A program made the translations under genes and the position numbers. This document shows positions 1 through 8,911 of a stretch of 52,676 bases of DNA, in pieces. This DNA is from a virus (taxonomy: Duplodnaviria > Caudoviricetes): the IMG/VR virus record IMGVR_UViG_3300007346_005272, positions 1-52,676 of that record; one strand, written 5' to 3'. Position 1 is the first letter of the stretch; each line of letters begins with the position of its first letter. The notes beneath the pieces are model-generated. The model saw only the letters and a program-made list of their open reading frames with translations. It did not search any database and was not told the origin of the DNA.

Positions 1-2
1 GA

Positions 3-1283
3 ATCCCAAGTCACCGCCTCAGCATCACCCACATTTGTGTAATAATCCTGACCCATAATCGCAATCACAGGATAATTCAACTGATTAGTTGCCACGATCC
101 AACTAATACCATAATTATTTGAAGTGATCTCAGGAGTGCTCCATGTACCGCCAGAGTTCAAATTATAAGTCGGCCTTGGAGTGCCGCCATACTTCAAAGG
201 AAAGTTAGTCGGAGCGTCATAAGTCCACCCAGTAGTACCACTCTGATAAAACACAGGAATCTGAGCAGGCCCCTGCAAATCTTGCTCCCACGTATTCGCC
301 GTGGGCGTATCAGAATGAACAATATCTACCTGCAAGTCCTCATCAAAGAACGTGCCATTAGCAATATCAATGTACGCCTGATCGTCAGTGCTTCCATCTT
401 TCGTAGAAACATCAAAATTGGACGCGTCGAAGCCATTAGCAATCGCCGCTCCACGGGTTCGATGCAGATATTCGTGCGTCTGCCAATCCAAAACAATACC
501 GTGCCGCTCATCAAACAGCATGTACTTAGCAGGCTCACCAGAGTTGTAGTGAATGTAGGCAGTGGGGGTTTCTGAATCCCACTGGTAAAATGTCGTAGTA
601 GCCTGCAACACGCCGTCAGCGTCAAACGAAATGTAGTACAAATCTGAAGAACTGCCAATAACTACGCTCTCAGGAGCAGTCTTAACAAACTTCTGACCGG
701 CACACCAAACCACATAACTATCACCTACGGGAGCAATAGTGAAAGTTCTCGTGGAATAATCAAAAGAGATAACGCTCTCAGATTTATCTTCATGGCCGAT
801 AGGTTCGCCGCCGTCACCATTCGCAGTTGTGATCACTTCAGAGATAGGGACAAGTTTGGGTTCGCCGCTGTCGCTATCATCACTGATGACTACTTTGTCG
901 TCGTACGCTAATGTTACGGTTGTGAGTTCGCTTGGTTCAAAATCTACGGTAACGTCCCCAGAAGTCCCACCGCCGCTAATACCTATACCGGCAGTAACCG
1001 AAGTAATGTCTCCTGCAGGGTCACCAGTATTTCCTGAATCGGCCACGCCCGTAAACGCAACAAACGAACCAGACTTGCCCTCCAAAAACCCAACAAACAC
1101 AAGATCCCCGGCAGCAGGCGTAGGACCCGCATACGGAACACCCTCGTACACGTTATTCAAACCAAGCTTAGGGATCTTCACCCTTAGCAAGTCATCATCA
1201 CCAACCGAAACAACCGTGGCACGAAAAATACCGTTACGGGGGACACTTGAACTTGCAGATGTGTTAAAACTTGTTCTTCTCAC
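3..1283 (-). CDS. Baseplate spike / tail-fibre-like protein, 3' end runs off the window (not in ORF track)
   Basis: Manual translation from GTG at 1283, which overlaps the TGA of the upstream gene (GTGA): MRRTSFNTSASSSVPRNGIFRATVVSVGDDDLLRVKIPKLG...GDLVFVGFLEG resembles a spike (gp5/gpV-like) OB-fold start. It is followed by DITSVTAGIGISGGGTSGDVT, a fibre-type motif. Frame stays open to the window edge. Confidence 0.75.
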   Translation of the reverse strand, partial: MRRTSFNTSASSSVPRNGIFRATVVSVGDDDLLRVKIPKLGLNNVYEGVPYAGPTPAAGDLVFVGFLEGKSGSFVAFTGVADSGNTGDPAGDITSVTAGIGISGGGTSGDVTVDFEPSELTTVTLAYDDKVVISDDSDSGEPKLVPISEVITTANGDGGEPIGHEDKSESVISFDYSTRTFTIAPVGDSYVVWCAGQKFVKTAPESVVIGSSSDLYYISFDADGVLQATTTFYQWDSETPTAYIHYNSGEPAKYMLFDERHGIVLDWQTHEYLHRTRGAAIANGFDASNFDVSTKDGSTDDQAYIDIANGTFFDEDLQVDIVHSDTPTANTWEQDLQGPAQIPVFYQSGTTGWTYDAPTNFPLKYGGTPRPTYNLNSGGTWSTPEITSNNYGISWIVATNQLNYPVIAIMGQDYYTNVGDAEAVTWD

Positions 1284-2503
1284 AATGCCGCCTTAATCAT
1301 TGCCCAGTCGTCAGCGTCAATCACACCGGTAACCGGCAATCCGTTTAGTTCTTGATATTTTCGTACAGCTCTTGCTGTCTGTGGTCCAAAAACGCCGTCA
1401 ATCGCTAAACGATAGTTCACTGTCTTAACATAAGATGTGTTGATCAAGTTAACGCCGATGCTTGTTAACCCTTCGATTTCTTGAGCAGTCAGCTGGACTG
1501 TTACCTGCTTCCGACCATTATACGAAGCAGCTACTGCCTGCTGAATACGCTTAACACACTCACCACGAGAACCCTCAGCAAACGTCTGAATCTCACACTG
1601 CATATCGTCAGAATCTTCAGGACACGTACCAGAAATACTAACAAACCCTGATTTTGTTGTATCGTAACTTACTCGATCAACCATAAACTTTTTATCAAAG
1701 TTATTTAAACCTTTAATTGTCACACCCAAACCCGGAAACACAGTGATTGATGACGTAGACTTTAACAAATTGACATTGCAGGTCGCTGCCGAATTGGTAC
1801 TGTCAGCAGATCTACGAACAGTCAGATTTGCTGCAAAAAACGGGTCATCTTCGTTAGATGGAACATTGATTTCGATAGAAGGCTGCCGGTCTAGAATGAA
1901 TTCTTCAGAAGCAAAAAACAGTACACCATTAGCTTCAAAAAACATGAACTCTGCATCTCGGGCTAAACGAGTAAGAACGTCGTATGTTGACTCTTCTTTC
2001 TGCTCATTTTGTTCTCGAACGATATTACCATCAACCGGTGTATCTTCGCCAAAAAACTCTAAACCAAACTTAGCAGCCGTTGCCGCTGCAAAGGCTGTAG
2101 GAGAAATTCGCCCAAACGACTCTTGCCCCTTTTCTCTACGCATTTGCTGCAGCCTGCGAGTACGAGCAGTAATTCTTACCGTGTCATTAGCTCCGTGCTC
2201 CGCCGATACAGCAGCAATTTCAAAATCAACCGTCTTGACTGAAATAGTAACATCATCGCCATCCCTGTCTTCGATCTCTAAAGTAGCAGGCAAAACAAAC
2301 GCAACACGTCTACCAATCATGAAGTAATTACTATTAAGCATTTTAAAGCCGGGATCATAAACATGAAGCTTTAGCTCGCTAACCATTCGAGCAGACATAT
2401 CAAACTGAGCAGACAATACCGATTCCCGAACAAGAACGGTTTCATCACCAATTTCACCAATATACAGATACTCATTGTCTGTGAAAGCTGCAGAAATAGT
2501 CAT
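1280..2503 (-). CDS. Baseplate hub-like tail protein with C-terminal peptidoglycan-binding domain
   Basis: Two genes after tape measure. C-terminus GSRGECVKRIQ...LAIDGVFGPQTARAVRKYQELNGLPVTGVID is a PG_binding_1-type signature. Confidence 0.7.
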   Translation of the reverse strand: MTISAAFTDNEYLYIGEIGDETVLVRESVLSAQFDMSARMVSELKLHVYDPGFKMLNSNYFMIGRRVAFVLPATLEIEDRDGDDVTISVKTVDFEIAAVSAEHGANDTVRITARTRRLQQMRREKGQESFGRISPTAFAAATAAKFGLEFFGEDTPVDGNIVREQNEQKEESTYDVLTRLARDAEFMFFEANGVLFFASEEFILDRQPSIEINVPSNEDDPFFAANLTVRRSADSTNSAATCNVNLLKSTSSITVFPGLGVTIKGLNNFDKKFMVDRVSYDTTKSGFVSISGTCPEDSDDMQCEIQTFAEGSRGECVKRIQQAVAASYNGRKQVTVQLTAQEIEGLTSIGVNLINTSYVKTVNYRLAIDGVFGPQTARAVRKYQELNGLPVTGVIDADDWAMIKAAL

Positions 2504-2515
2504 GATAGTATTCTA
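2504..2515 (-). promoter_or_regulatory. Leaderless-type -10 box TAGAAT, 6 nt before ATG
   Basis: Minus strand reads GGTAGAATACTATCATG, with no Shine-Dalgarno. Confidence 0.55.
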
Positions 2516-2541
2516 CCTACTTAAAAACAAGCAATCCAGTA

Positions 2542-3306
2542 TTATTCGTCGGGTTCGATAATATCGGCATCTGGAACAAGACGGTCAAGAATCACCGACG
2601 CTTGGCTGTCCACAATAATCGTAATTCCTTCGCCACCTTCTCCCGGAGGAGGAAGAGCAGAACCAATAGGGGTAGGGGCGTTAGGAGTAAACGTGATTGC
2701 CGCTAACTCGACAATCCTCTGGTCATACAGCGGCGTTTCTGTCAACTGCAAATCTACAGAAACCTGCGTAGGATTACCATCAAGGTCTCTACGATTCGTG
2801 GTGAACGAAAACTTGGTGATTGTTACACTATATGGAACCGCCGAAACTCCATACACAAACTTGCATGGGATCGAGTTGGCGGCAATAAGCTCAATCTTAT
2901 CTAAGATCTCAATAACAGGAAACGGATCACAACCACCGGTTACTTTATCTGCAATGAGGGCCGAAAACGTAACCGTCTTCAACGACGGGTTCTCAAAAAC
3001 AAGCAAAGGAGCTTTTCCGGGCCTCGGAACCTTTTTCGTAACACCAGCGTACTCATCAAACTGTATATTCTGAGGACCATACGGAAACTCTACCTGAAAG
3101 TCTTCCCACGTTGTGCCGTCCGGAAGACTATAATTAAAAGGACCAACATTTACCGTAGTAGTCGCACCTTCATCGTCTGTTTGCGTTTTAGTAGGCTGAA
3201 ACGGTTTGAGTACGGCACGGCCAGGATTCACCGAGTGGTAATCCATCGTGTCAAAAATATCTATTTGATTTGTTATGTCAACTACTTTTTGTTGCAAAAT
3301 AGACAT
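2542..3306 (-). CDS. Tail tube initiator / baseplate protein
   Basis: Directly after tape measure. VPRPGKAPLLV...ITKFSF...NPTQVSVDLQLTE fits the tube-initiator pattern of contractile tails. Confidence 0.55.
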   Translation of the reverse strand: MSILQQKVVDITNQIDIFDTMDYHSVNPGRAVLKPFQPTKTQTDDEGATTTVNVGPFNYSLPDGTTWEDFQVEFPYGPQNIQFDEYAGVTKKVPRPGKAPLLVFENPSLKTVTFSALIADKVTGGCDPFPVIEILDKIELIAANSIPCKFVYGVSAVPYSVTITKFSFTTNRRDLDGNPTQVSVDLQLTETPLYDQRIVELAAITFTPNAPTPIGSALPPPGEGGEGITIIVDSQASVILDRLVPDADIIEPDE

Positions 3307-3317
3307 AAGTCACCTCT

Positions 3318-6300
3318 TTATGTAGCGCCAGTTATAGCCGAAAGCGCAACTCCACCACGCTCAAGGGTAAACGTGCCATCAGTAACAGTAATTCCCTCTG
3401 TTCTAAGATAATTAATATCTGCAGCGATCGCTGCAAGCGAAATATTTCTCTCATTATCCAACGTCTCATCCATATCGAAGAAACCTGACTCTGCTAGAGA
3501 CCTAAGAAGAATAGCACTAGTGTCGGCACCTGCGTTGGCGGTCTCTACTTGGGTAAACAAGTCTGCTGTACTGAACCGCACGGCGTCGTAGCCGCTCATC
3601 CCCAATTCAGCGAGCAAAGCTTTCCTGATAGCGTAATTAGACTTACCAGTCGGAGCAACCCCTGCATCTTCAAGACTCGCAAATCTTTCAGAACCAGTCA
3701 AACCACTACTAAGATTAAGTGCCCCACGAATCGCAGACCGTTCAGCAAGAAACGTCTCAATACCACGAAGCTCGCCAGTGCCCGGTGTCCCAATAATTCG
3801 GTCATCTCCAGCAAACTGCATAATTCGCTCTAACGGAATAGCGTAAGCCTGACTCATAGCGGTAGCTGATTCAAGCGTACCAGACGCCAGCATCGCCATA
3901 AGCGTCTCCTGATTATCTGTAGACAAGTGACCCATAACTTGTTCCATAAGCTCAAAGTTTGAAGAAAAGCCTGCAACGTCAGGAGACACACCCATGACTA
4001 CTTCATACGCCGCAAACGCTTCAAATGCGTCACGAACCAAGTCAACAGTTAACTTATCAGCATTAGCTAACGTAGTAAACGCTGCGTTCGCCGTGGCTCT
4101 AGCTTCCGCCTGCCCCAACGGTGAAGTAGAAAAACTAGGGAAAAACGCACGGTTTCTGTCAATCAAAGGAAGCATCTGCGCTGCAAAAACGGCAGTAGCG
4201 CCTGCAGCGTTCATCAAACCATCAGCTAAATCAATCCCCAACGAGTCCGCAACAGACTCAATTTCCTCACTTGTCATCTGTGTCGTACGTTTCAGCATCT
4301 GCAGGTTCGACTCAAAGTTAAGGCTTTCTTCTTCCCACATCTCAAACGTACGTTTAAGTTCTTGGCCCAGAGGACCCACTCCGGTCAAGGCATCATAAAA
4401 TTCTTGATCGTTAAGTACTGATAAATCTTTGCCTTGTGATTGGAAAAATGCGGTCAGGTCTTTCGCTGCTTGAGACTCTCTATCAAAGAAGAAACGCTCT
4501 TCACCGTAAAATGAATTACCAAAGCTTACAGTATCGTTCACAAAGTAATTGAGCTTTTCAAAAAAGCCGCCGCCTCCGTTACCTCTAGTCTCACCAAACA
4601 AGATATCATTATAAACAATGTCCCTCTCCGTCGTATCTATCAAATCTCTGTAACTTTGCCGAAGGGCACGACCCTCTTCCCGCCTAGCCCTAAAATCTGC
4701 GAAAGACCCGCCACCCAAAGACATATCTCGTAAAGAAAGTACCGCACCAGAAACAGCATCTTCAGCACGAGCTGCCCGAGCGTTCTCACCCAAAATGCCA
4801 GTTATGGAAGCAGCCAGCAAACCAGCCGCAGCACCAACAGCCATACCCGGCAGTCCAAACGAAGAACCCATCATAACGCCGCCACCAATCATGGCTGCTG
4901 TGTTACCGCCACTTGGTCCCGACTGAAGAGTGTTTAACCCTCCCATCAGACCAATCGACCCACCCATAAGCATCGTGCCGTTTCTCGTACCAGTCAAAAA
5001 GTTAACCCCACTCCGGGCACCCTCAGCAATCTCAACACGGTTCTTAATCAACTTGCCAACAGCCATAGGGTTCTTCAAGCCCAGGAACAACCCCAACAGG
5101 CCCAAACCGCCAGCAGCACCACCAATCTTACCAATACCCATAAGAGCACCAATAACCCTAGCAAGATGACCAACAACAGGAGCAACAATATCGTTCAAAA
5201 CAGCAGCTAAACCAGACACCGCATTAGGAAGCTGCTCTAAAATAGGCATCAACGCCTCTAAAAACTTACCAATCGCCGGAATAAAATCAGAAGCAACCCG
5301 ATTCATAATATCTGAAAACAAATCTAACTTACCAAAGAACCCTGACTGACCCGCTTTCAACAAATCAAAAATAGCGCCAAACACGTTACCAATAGACGCA
5401 CCAAACGTCTGGAAAGCCTCAGCGTTCTTAACAACCAAATCACTAAACGACCTAAACAAACCACGACCGCCACCCGTAGCGCCCATGGCCCTAAACATCT
5501 CAATAACCACATCAGCAGCAGGCTCAAACTGAACCAAGAACGCTCCAATACCACGGAAGAAATCACGCACACTCCGGAAGAATCCTACGAAGCTTTCACC
5601 CATCTGCTCAATGTTTTCAAGATGATCAAAGATGTTACTCCGAATGAAGTCAATCGTTTTCTCAACAAGAGTGACCAACGTGGGGGCGAACGAATCCGCA
5701 CCAAAACGTTGAATAAGTAGCGACATGCCCACGAAGTTTTCACGAATAATCCTGGCCATGTCCATCATTGCGTCACGGAACGGGTTCAGAAGCGGCTGAC
5801 CCATATCCGCAAACATGTTCTTCATGCCTGAAAATTCTGTTTTAGCCGTACCGATAAACGTACCGGCAAGTCCAGCGCCTACGCCCCGATAATTTTCAGA
5901 TACGATAGATCCGCTGGAAAGTGCAGCCAGTAGCTGATTTGTTGAAAGACCCTCTTGTAAAGACCCTGACCGGAACCCGGCAGCACCACTGAGTGCTGAA
6001 CGTAATTCTGCAGAGTCTTTAGAACCGATTGCTTTTGCAATTGCTTGAACGGCTGCAGCGTCTCCGCCGGTCAGGTTAACGAGCTGACGTGCGATACCAC
6101 CCGAGGCTGTCGGTGAAACTCCTGCTTTTGCGAGACCTGCCAACAGGGCGGTTGTGGCTTCACCACCAAGAAGACCTGTTGTTCTAGAACCAAGGCTACG
6201 GCTAAGCAAAGCTGAGTTTTGAGCACCACGACGAGTCATGCCGCCCCCAACAGACGGGATAAGCATCGCTTCATTAAACTGACGTAAAGCTGCCGCAGCA

Positions 6301-6761
6301 ACAGACACTGCTGTTGCTACACCGGCTGCCGCAACCGACAAACCTTTCAAAGCTACCTGATAAACTTGAACAGCAGCTCTACCAGTTATCAAGGCCAGTT
6401 TAGCAGCCAACAAACCTACCGTGAACAAACCGATCTGACCAATTAAAGCAACGAAAGACAGCTTAGATAAAGTCATCATAAACTTTTTAAGAGGAGCAGT
6501 TACTCTATTCAACGTCCTTGCAAAACGGCGATGCGAATGATTAACACGATTCATTCGCTTATCGTGAGCATCTAAATTCTTATTGGTTCTATCAAGAGAG
6601 TCACTAGTCTCGTTAATTTTCTTAGTAGACTCAGATATCCGCTTAGAAAATTTCTTACTTTTTTTCTCTAAGCGATCAAAGCGTTCTTCTAGGACGGTAA
6701 GTTCGCCCATCCCATCAACATCAACATCGACCTTAATAACTACACTATCTTGAACAGGCAT
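3318..6761 (-). CDS. Tape measure protein
   Basis: 1147 aa, Ala/Gly-rich, amphipathic helical repeats and hydrophobic segments; follows the chaperone pair; SD GGAGG upstream. Confidence 0.9.
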   Translation of the reverse strand: MPVQDSVVIKVDVDVDGMGELTVLEERFDRLEKKSKKFSKRISESTKKINETSDSLDRTNKNLDAHDKRMNRVNHSHRRFARTLNRVTAPLKKFMMTLSKLSFVALIGQIGLFTVGLLAAKLALITGRAAVQVYQVALKGLSVAAAGVATAVSVAAAALRQFNEAMLIPSVGGGMTRRGAQNSALLSRSLGSRTTGLLGGEATTALLAGLAKAGVSPTASGGIARQLVNLTGGDAAAVQAIAKAIGSKDSAELRSALSGAAGFRSGSLQEGLSTNQLLAALSSGSIVSENYRGVGAGLAGTFIGTAKTEFSGMKNMFADMGQPLLNPFRDAMMDMARIIRENFVGMSLLIQRFGADSFAPTLVTLVEKTIDFIRSNIFDHLENIEQMGESFVGFFRSVRDFFRGIGAFLVQFEPAADVVIEMFRAMGATGGGRGLFRSFSDLVVKNAEAFQTFGASIGNVFGAIFDLLKAGQSGFFGKLDLFSDIMNRVASDFIPAIGKFLEALMPILEQLPNAVSGLAAVLNDIVAPVVGHLARVIGALMGIGKIGGAAGGLGLLGLFLGLKNPMAVGKLIKNRVEIAEGARSGVNFLTGTRNGTMLMGGSIGLMGGLNTLQSGPSGGNTAAMIGGGVMMGSSFGLPGMAVGAAAGLLAASITGILGENARAARAEDAVSGAVLSLRDMSLGGGSFADFRARREEGRALRQSYRDLIDTTERDIVYNDILFGETRGNGGGGFFEKLNYFVNDTVSFGNSFYGEERFFFDRESQAAKDLTAFFQSQGKDLSVLNDQEFYDALTGVGPLGQELKRTFEMWEEESLNFESNLQMLKRTTQMTSEEIESVADSLGIDLADGLMNAAGATAVFAAQMLPLIDRNRAFFPSFSTSPLGQAEARATANAAFTTLANADKLTVDLVRDAFEAFAAYEVVMGVSPDVAGFSSNFELMEQVMGHLSTDNQETLMAMLASGTLESATAMSQAYAIPLERIMQFAGDDRIIGTPGTGELRGIETFLAERSAIRGALNLSSGLTGSERFASLEDAGVAPTGKSNYAIRKALLAELGMSGYDAVRFSTADLFTQVETANAGADTSAILLRSLAESGFFDMDETLDNERNISLAAIAADINYLRTEGITVTDGTFTLERGGVALSAITGAT

Positions 6762-6776
6762 AAAGCACCTCCCCCA

Positions 6777-6823
6777 AAAAGAGAAAGCCAGGAACTTCTA
6801 TTATTCTATAGAAATTCCCGGCT
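6777..6823 (-). terminator. Intrinsic terminator-like hairpin between chaperones and tape measure, with TAGAAT at the loop
   Basis: AGCCGGGAATTTCTAT-AGAATA-ATAGAAGTTCCTGGCT (16-bp stem with 2 G-U pairs) followed by TTCTCTTTTT. Confidence 0.65.
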
Positions 6824-6824
6824 G

Positions 6825-7031
6825 TCAGTAGCCACCAGTGCTACCTCTTCTCTTTTTTTCTCTAGCTTCATGATCTGCTGACAACGCCTGCGCAGCAGCC
6901 ATCCTAATCAACCACTCATCCAAATCCGAATCCAAAATCTGAATCGGATCACAATGAAAAGCCTCAGCTAACCTAGCCGAAGATTTAATACGTGGATCGT
7001 CGGCTAGTCTATCAACTAGCCCTGCGTAGGG
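6825..7031 (-). CDS. Tail assembly chaperone, -1 frame extension (gpT-like)
   Basis: -1 frame relative to the upstream chaperone reads PYAGLVDRLADDPRIKSSARLAEAFHCDPIQILDSDLDEWLIRMAAAQALSADHEAREKKRRGSTGGY*. It has no convincing independent start and sits at the classical G/T position. Confidence 0.65.
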   Translation of the reverse strand, partial: PYAGLVDRLADDPRIKSSARLAEAFHCDPIQILDSDLDEWLIRMAAAQALSADHEAREKKRRGSTGGY

Positions 7032-7534
7032 TCCTCCGCATCAACGTCATCCCCATACCCAGCAAAATCCAGAATCTTCAAAGCAACATTCTCAAGATGT
7101 GGATCAACACCATAGAACGCACGGATAGCGTCAGGCAACGGACGATCAGTACCAGTCATCTCCATCACTACTGGAGAAGCAAACGTGATAGCGTTACCCT
7201 CATCATCCAAAACAAGCTCATCCTCAAAATAGATTCCTGACACAGTGTTACCAATCACGTAGCAAGAAAACTTGATTGAATCCAGCTCGTCAGTCTTGCG
7301 GTTCGTGGAGTTACGACGCCACGCCTTCAACTGCTCATTCGTAATGTTAGGAGAGAAACGTACCGACACGCCCTTACGCTCCGGAACGTCCATCTCAACC
7401 TCAGGACGAGTCACTTCACGAGAAATCTCGTCCTTAAGCATGTCAAGAACAGACACTCGCTTGCTTGACTTGCCTGACGTTGGCTCCGCCTTAGCAGGAG
7501 TAGCGCCAGCTACCTCAATCACTTCATCAGCCAT
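7016..7534 (-). CDS. Tail assembly chaperone (gpG-like)
   Basis: 172 aa, acidic, between tube and tape measure; ends EDPTQG with a candidate slip site G GAC CCT at 7028-7034. Confidence 0.7.
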   Translation of the reverse strand: MADEVIEVAGATPAKAEPTSGKSSKRVSVLDMLKDEISREVTRPEVEMDVPERKGVSVRFSPNITNEQLKAWRRNSTNRKTDELDSIKFSCYVIGNTVSGIYFEDELVLDDEGNAITFASPVVMEMTGTDRPLPDAIRAFYGVDPHLENVALKILDFAGYGDDVDAEDPTQG

Positions 7535-7560
7535 TATTAACCTTTCTTTATTTAATCTAC

Positions 7561-8298
7561 TCAGTCAGCCAGCGCTGCCCAAGTCTTCGGACCAACAACG
7601 CCATCAGCAGCAAGACCCTCATCACGCTGGAACTGCTTCACAGCACGCACAGTCTTCGGACCAAAGTCACCGTCAACGCCAGAGTTCTTACGAGGACGAG
7701 AAGTCAACTTGTAACCATTCTTGTCAAGCAGCTTCTGAAGGAACTCAACAACTGGACCCTTGTCGCCCTTACGCACCACAGTCTGCAAACAAGCAACGAT
7801 AAACTCAAAAGCCTTAGCCAGCTCAGACTTAACAGAAGCCTCCTTAGGAACCTTGATTTCACCCTTAACAGGGAACCACTCCATCTTAGAACCGCTAACA
7901 CGGCACGGCTGATGATGCCACCACTCCGAAGCCACGGTCTTACGAATACCGTACTCTTCAGCAATCTTGTTTACCTGTGAGGTAGAGATAGCGCCCTTCT
8001 TGATAATACGGAAGTCAACCGCATAACCGTAACCATCAAACTTTGGCTGGCTCATATGATATGAACCCTGGAAGCCTGCACGGTTGATGCGGTCAGGGTT
8101 AGCTGCCAGATTGAAACCGGGCCTACGGCGCTTATAGCCATCATACAGGTACTTCTGCTGCTGATAGGTGCGGACACCAGACACAACAGCAACCTTGCCC
8201 GCAATACGCTGATCAGCGAAGAACGCTTCCAGACGGGCCTTAAACTTCGGGTGAAGATCCTTCACGTTCACCCTGCTACTTGTAACAGGAATAGTCAT
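7561..8298 (-). CDS. Endolysin: M15-family Zn peptidase plus peptidoglycan-binding domain
   Basis: VSGVRTYQQQKYLY, SYH...AVD and EWWHH motifs; C-terminal GVDGDFGPKTVRAVKQFQRDEGLAADGVVGPKTW. Confidence 0.85.
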   Translation of the reverse strand: MTIPVTSSRVNVKDLHPKFKARLEAFFADQRIAGKVAVVSGVRTYQQQKYLYDGYKRRRPGFNLAANPDRINRAGFQGSYHMSQPKFDGYGYAVDFRIIKKGAISTSQVNKIAEEYGIRKTVASEWWHHQPCRVSGSKMEWFPVKGEIKVPKEASVKSELAKAFEFIVACLQTVVRKGDKGPVVEFLQKLLDKNGYKLTSRPRKNSGVDGDFGPKTVRAVKQFQRDEGLAADGVVGPKTWAALAD

Positions 8299-8334
8299 TC
8301 GATAATCCTTTGCTAGAGAATAACTTGCCTACCT

Positions 8335-8364
8335 ACACTACCAAAAACCTACACACTCAGTCAA
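8335..8364 (-). promoter_or_regulatory. Sigma70-like promoter for the endolysin gene
   Basis: TTGACT-18 nt-TAGTGT, just downstream of the tube terminator. Confidence 0.45.
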
Positions 8365-8371
8365 GCAAAAT

Positions 8372-8410
8372 AAAAAAGAAAAAGCGCCACCCGAAGGTGA
8401 CGCTCTTTCT
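8372..8410 (-). terminator. Rho-independent terminator after tail tube gene
   Basis: GAGCGTCACC-TTCG-GGTGGCGCTT followed by a T-run. Confidence 0.85.
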
Positions 8411-8448
8411 CAAGTGTCTAGTTTAAGTTGAACTAGATAACGTATTTA

Positions 8449-8898
8449 TCAGGTGCCCTGACCCACAGATGAAACTGAGAAAGTCATAGAAAGAGTAGCG
8501 GGAGCGCCAGAAGAAGCGTCACCGTCAGGCTCAGTCAGACCCACCAGCAGACACTTCGCATAGCTACGCTCAGAACCCGGAACCTGAAGGTCACAATCCA
8601 GTGTGAAAACGCTAATGTCGTAGTACGCACGACCAACAAGCTGTCTTAATGCCTGAAGGTCAGAGTAGTCTTCGATATCATCTGTAGCAAACCGGCTAAC
8701 AGTAATGTCACCGATTTCAGATGGGGCACAAAGGACCTCTGGATGAATCTTACCGCCGTCATAAACCTTTTCAACAGCAGCGCTAATCTCACCACCGCTT
8801 ACGGTAGTGAAATACTGCCCGTTGTTAAAGTTGGGAGCAGTACTGCCGTCACTAGGCTCAATCGTAGCGACAATTTGCCGTTGTGTTGCTTTAGCCAT
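8449..8898 (-). CDS. Tail tube protein
   Basis: 149 aa beta-rich protein immediately after the sheath gene; GDITVSR and DGDASSG...LSMTFSV motifs. Confidence 0.8.
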   Translation of the reverse strand: MAKATQRQIVATIEPSDGSTAPNFNNGQYFTTVSGGEISAAVEKVYDGGKIHPEVLCAPSEIGDITVSRFATDDIEDYSDLQALRQLVGRAYYDISVFTLDCDLQVPGSERSYAKCLLVGLTEPDGDASSGAPATLSMTFSVSSVGQGT

Positions 8899-8911
8899 TA
8901 ATCATATCTCC

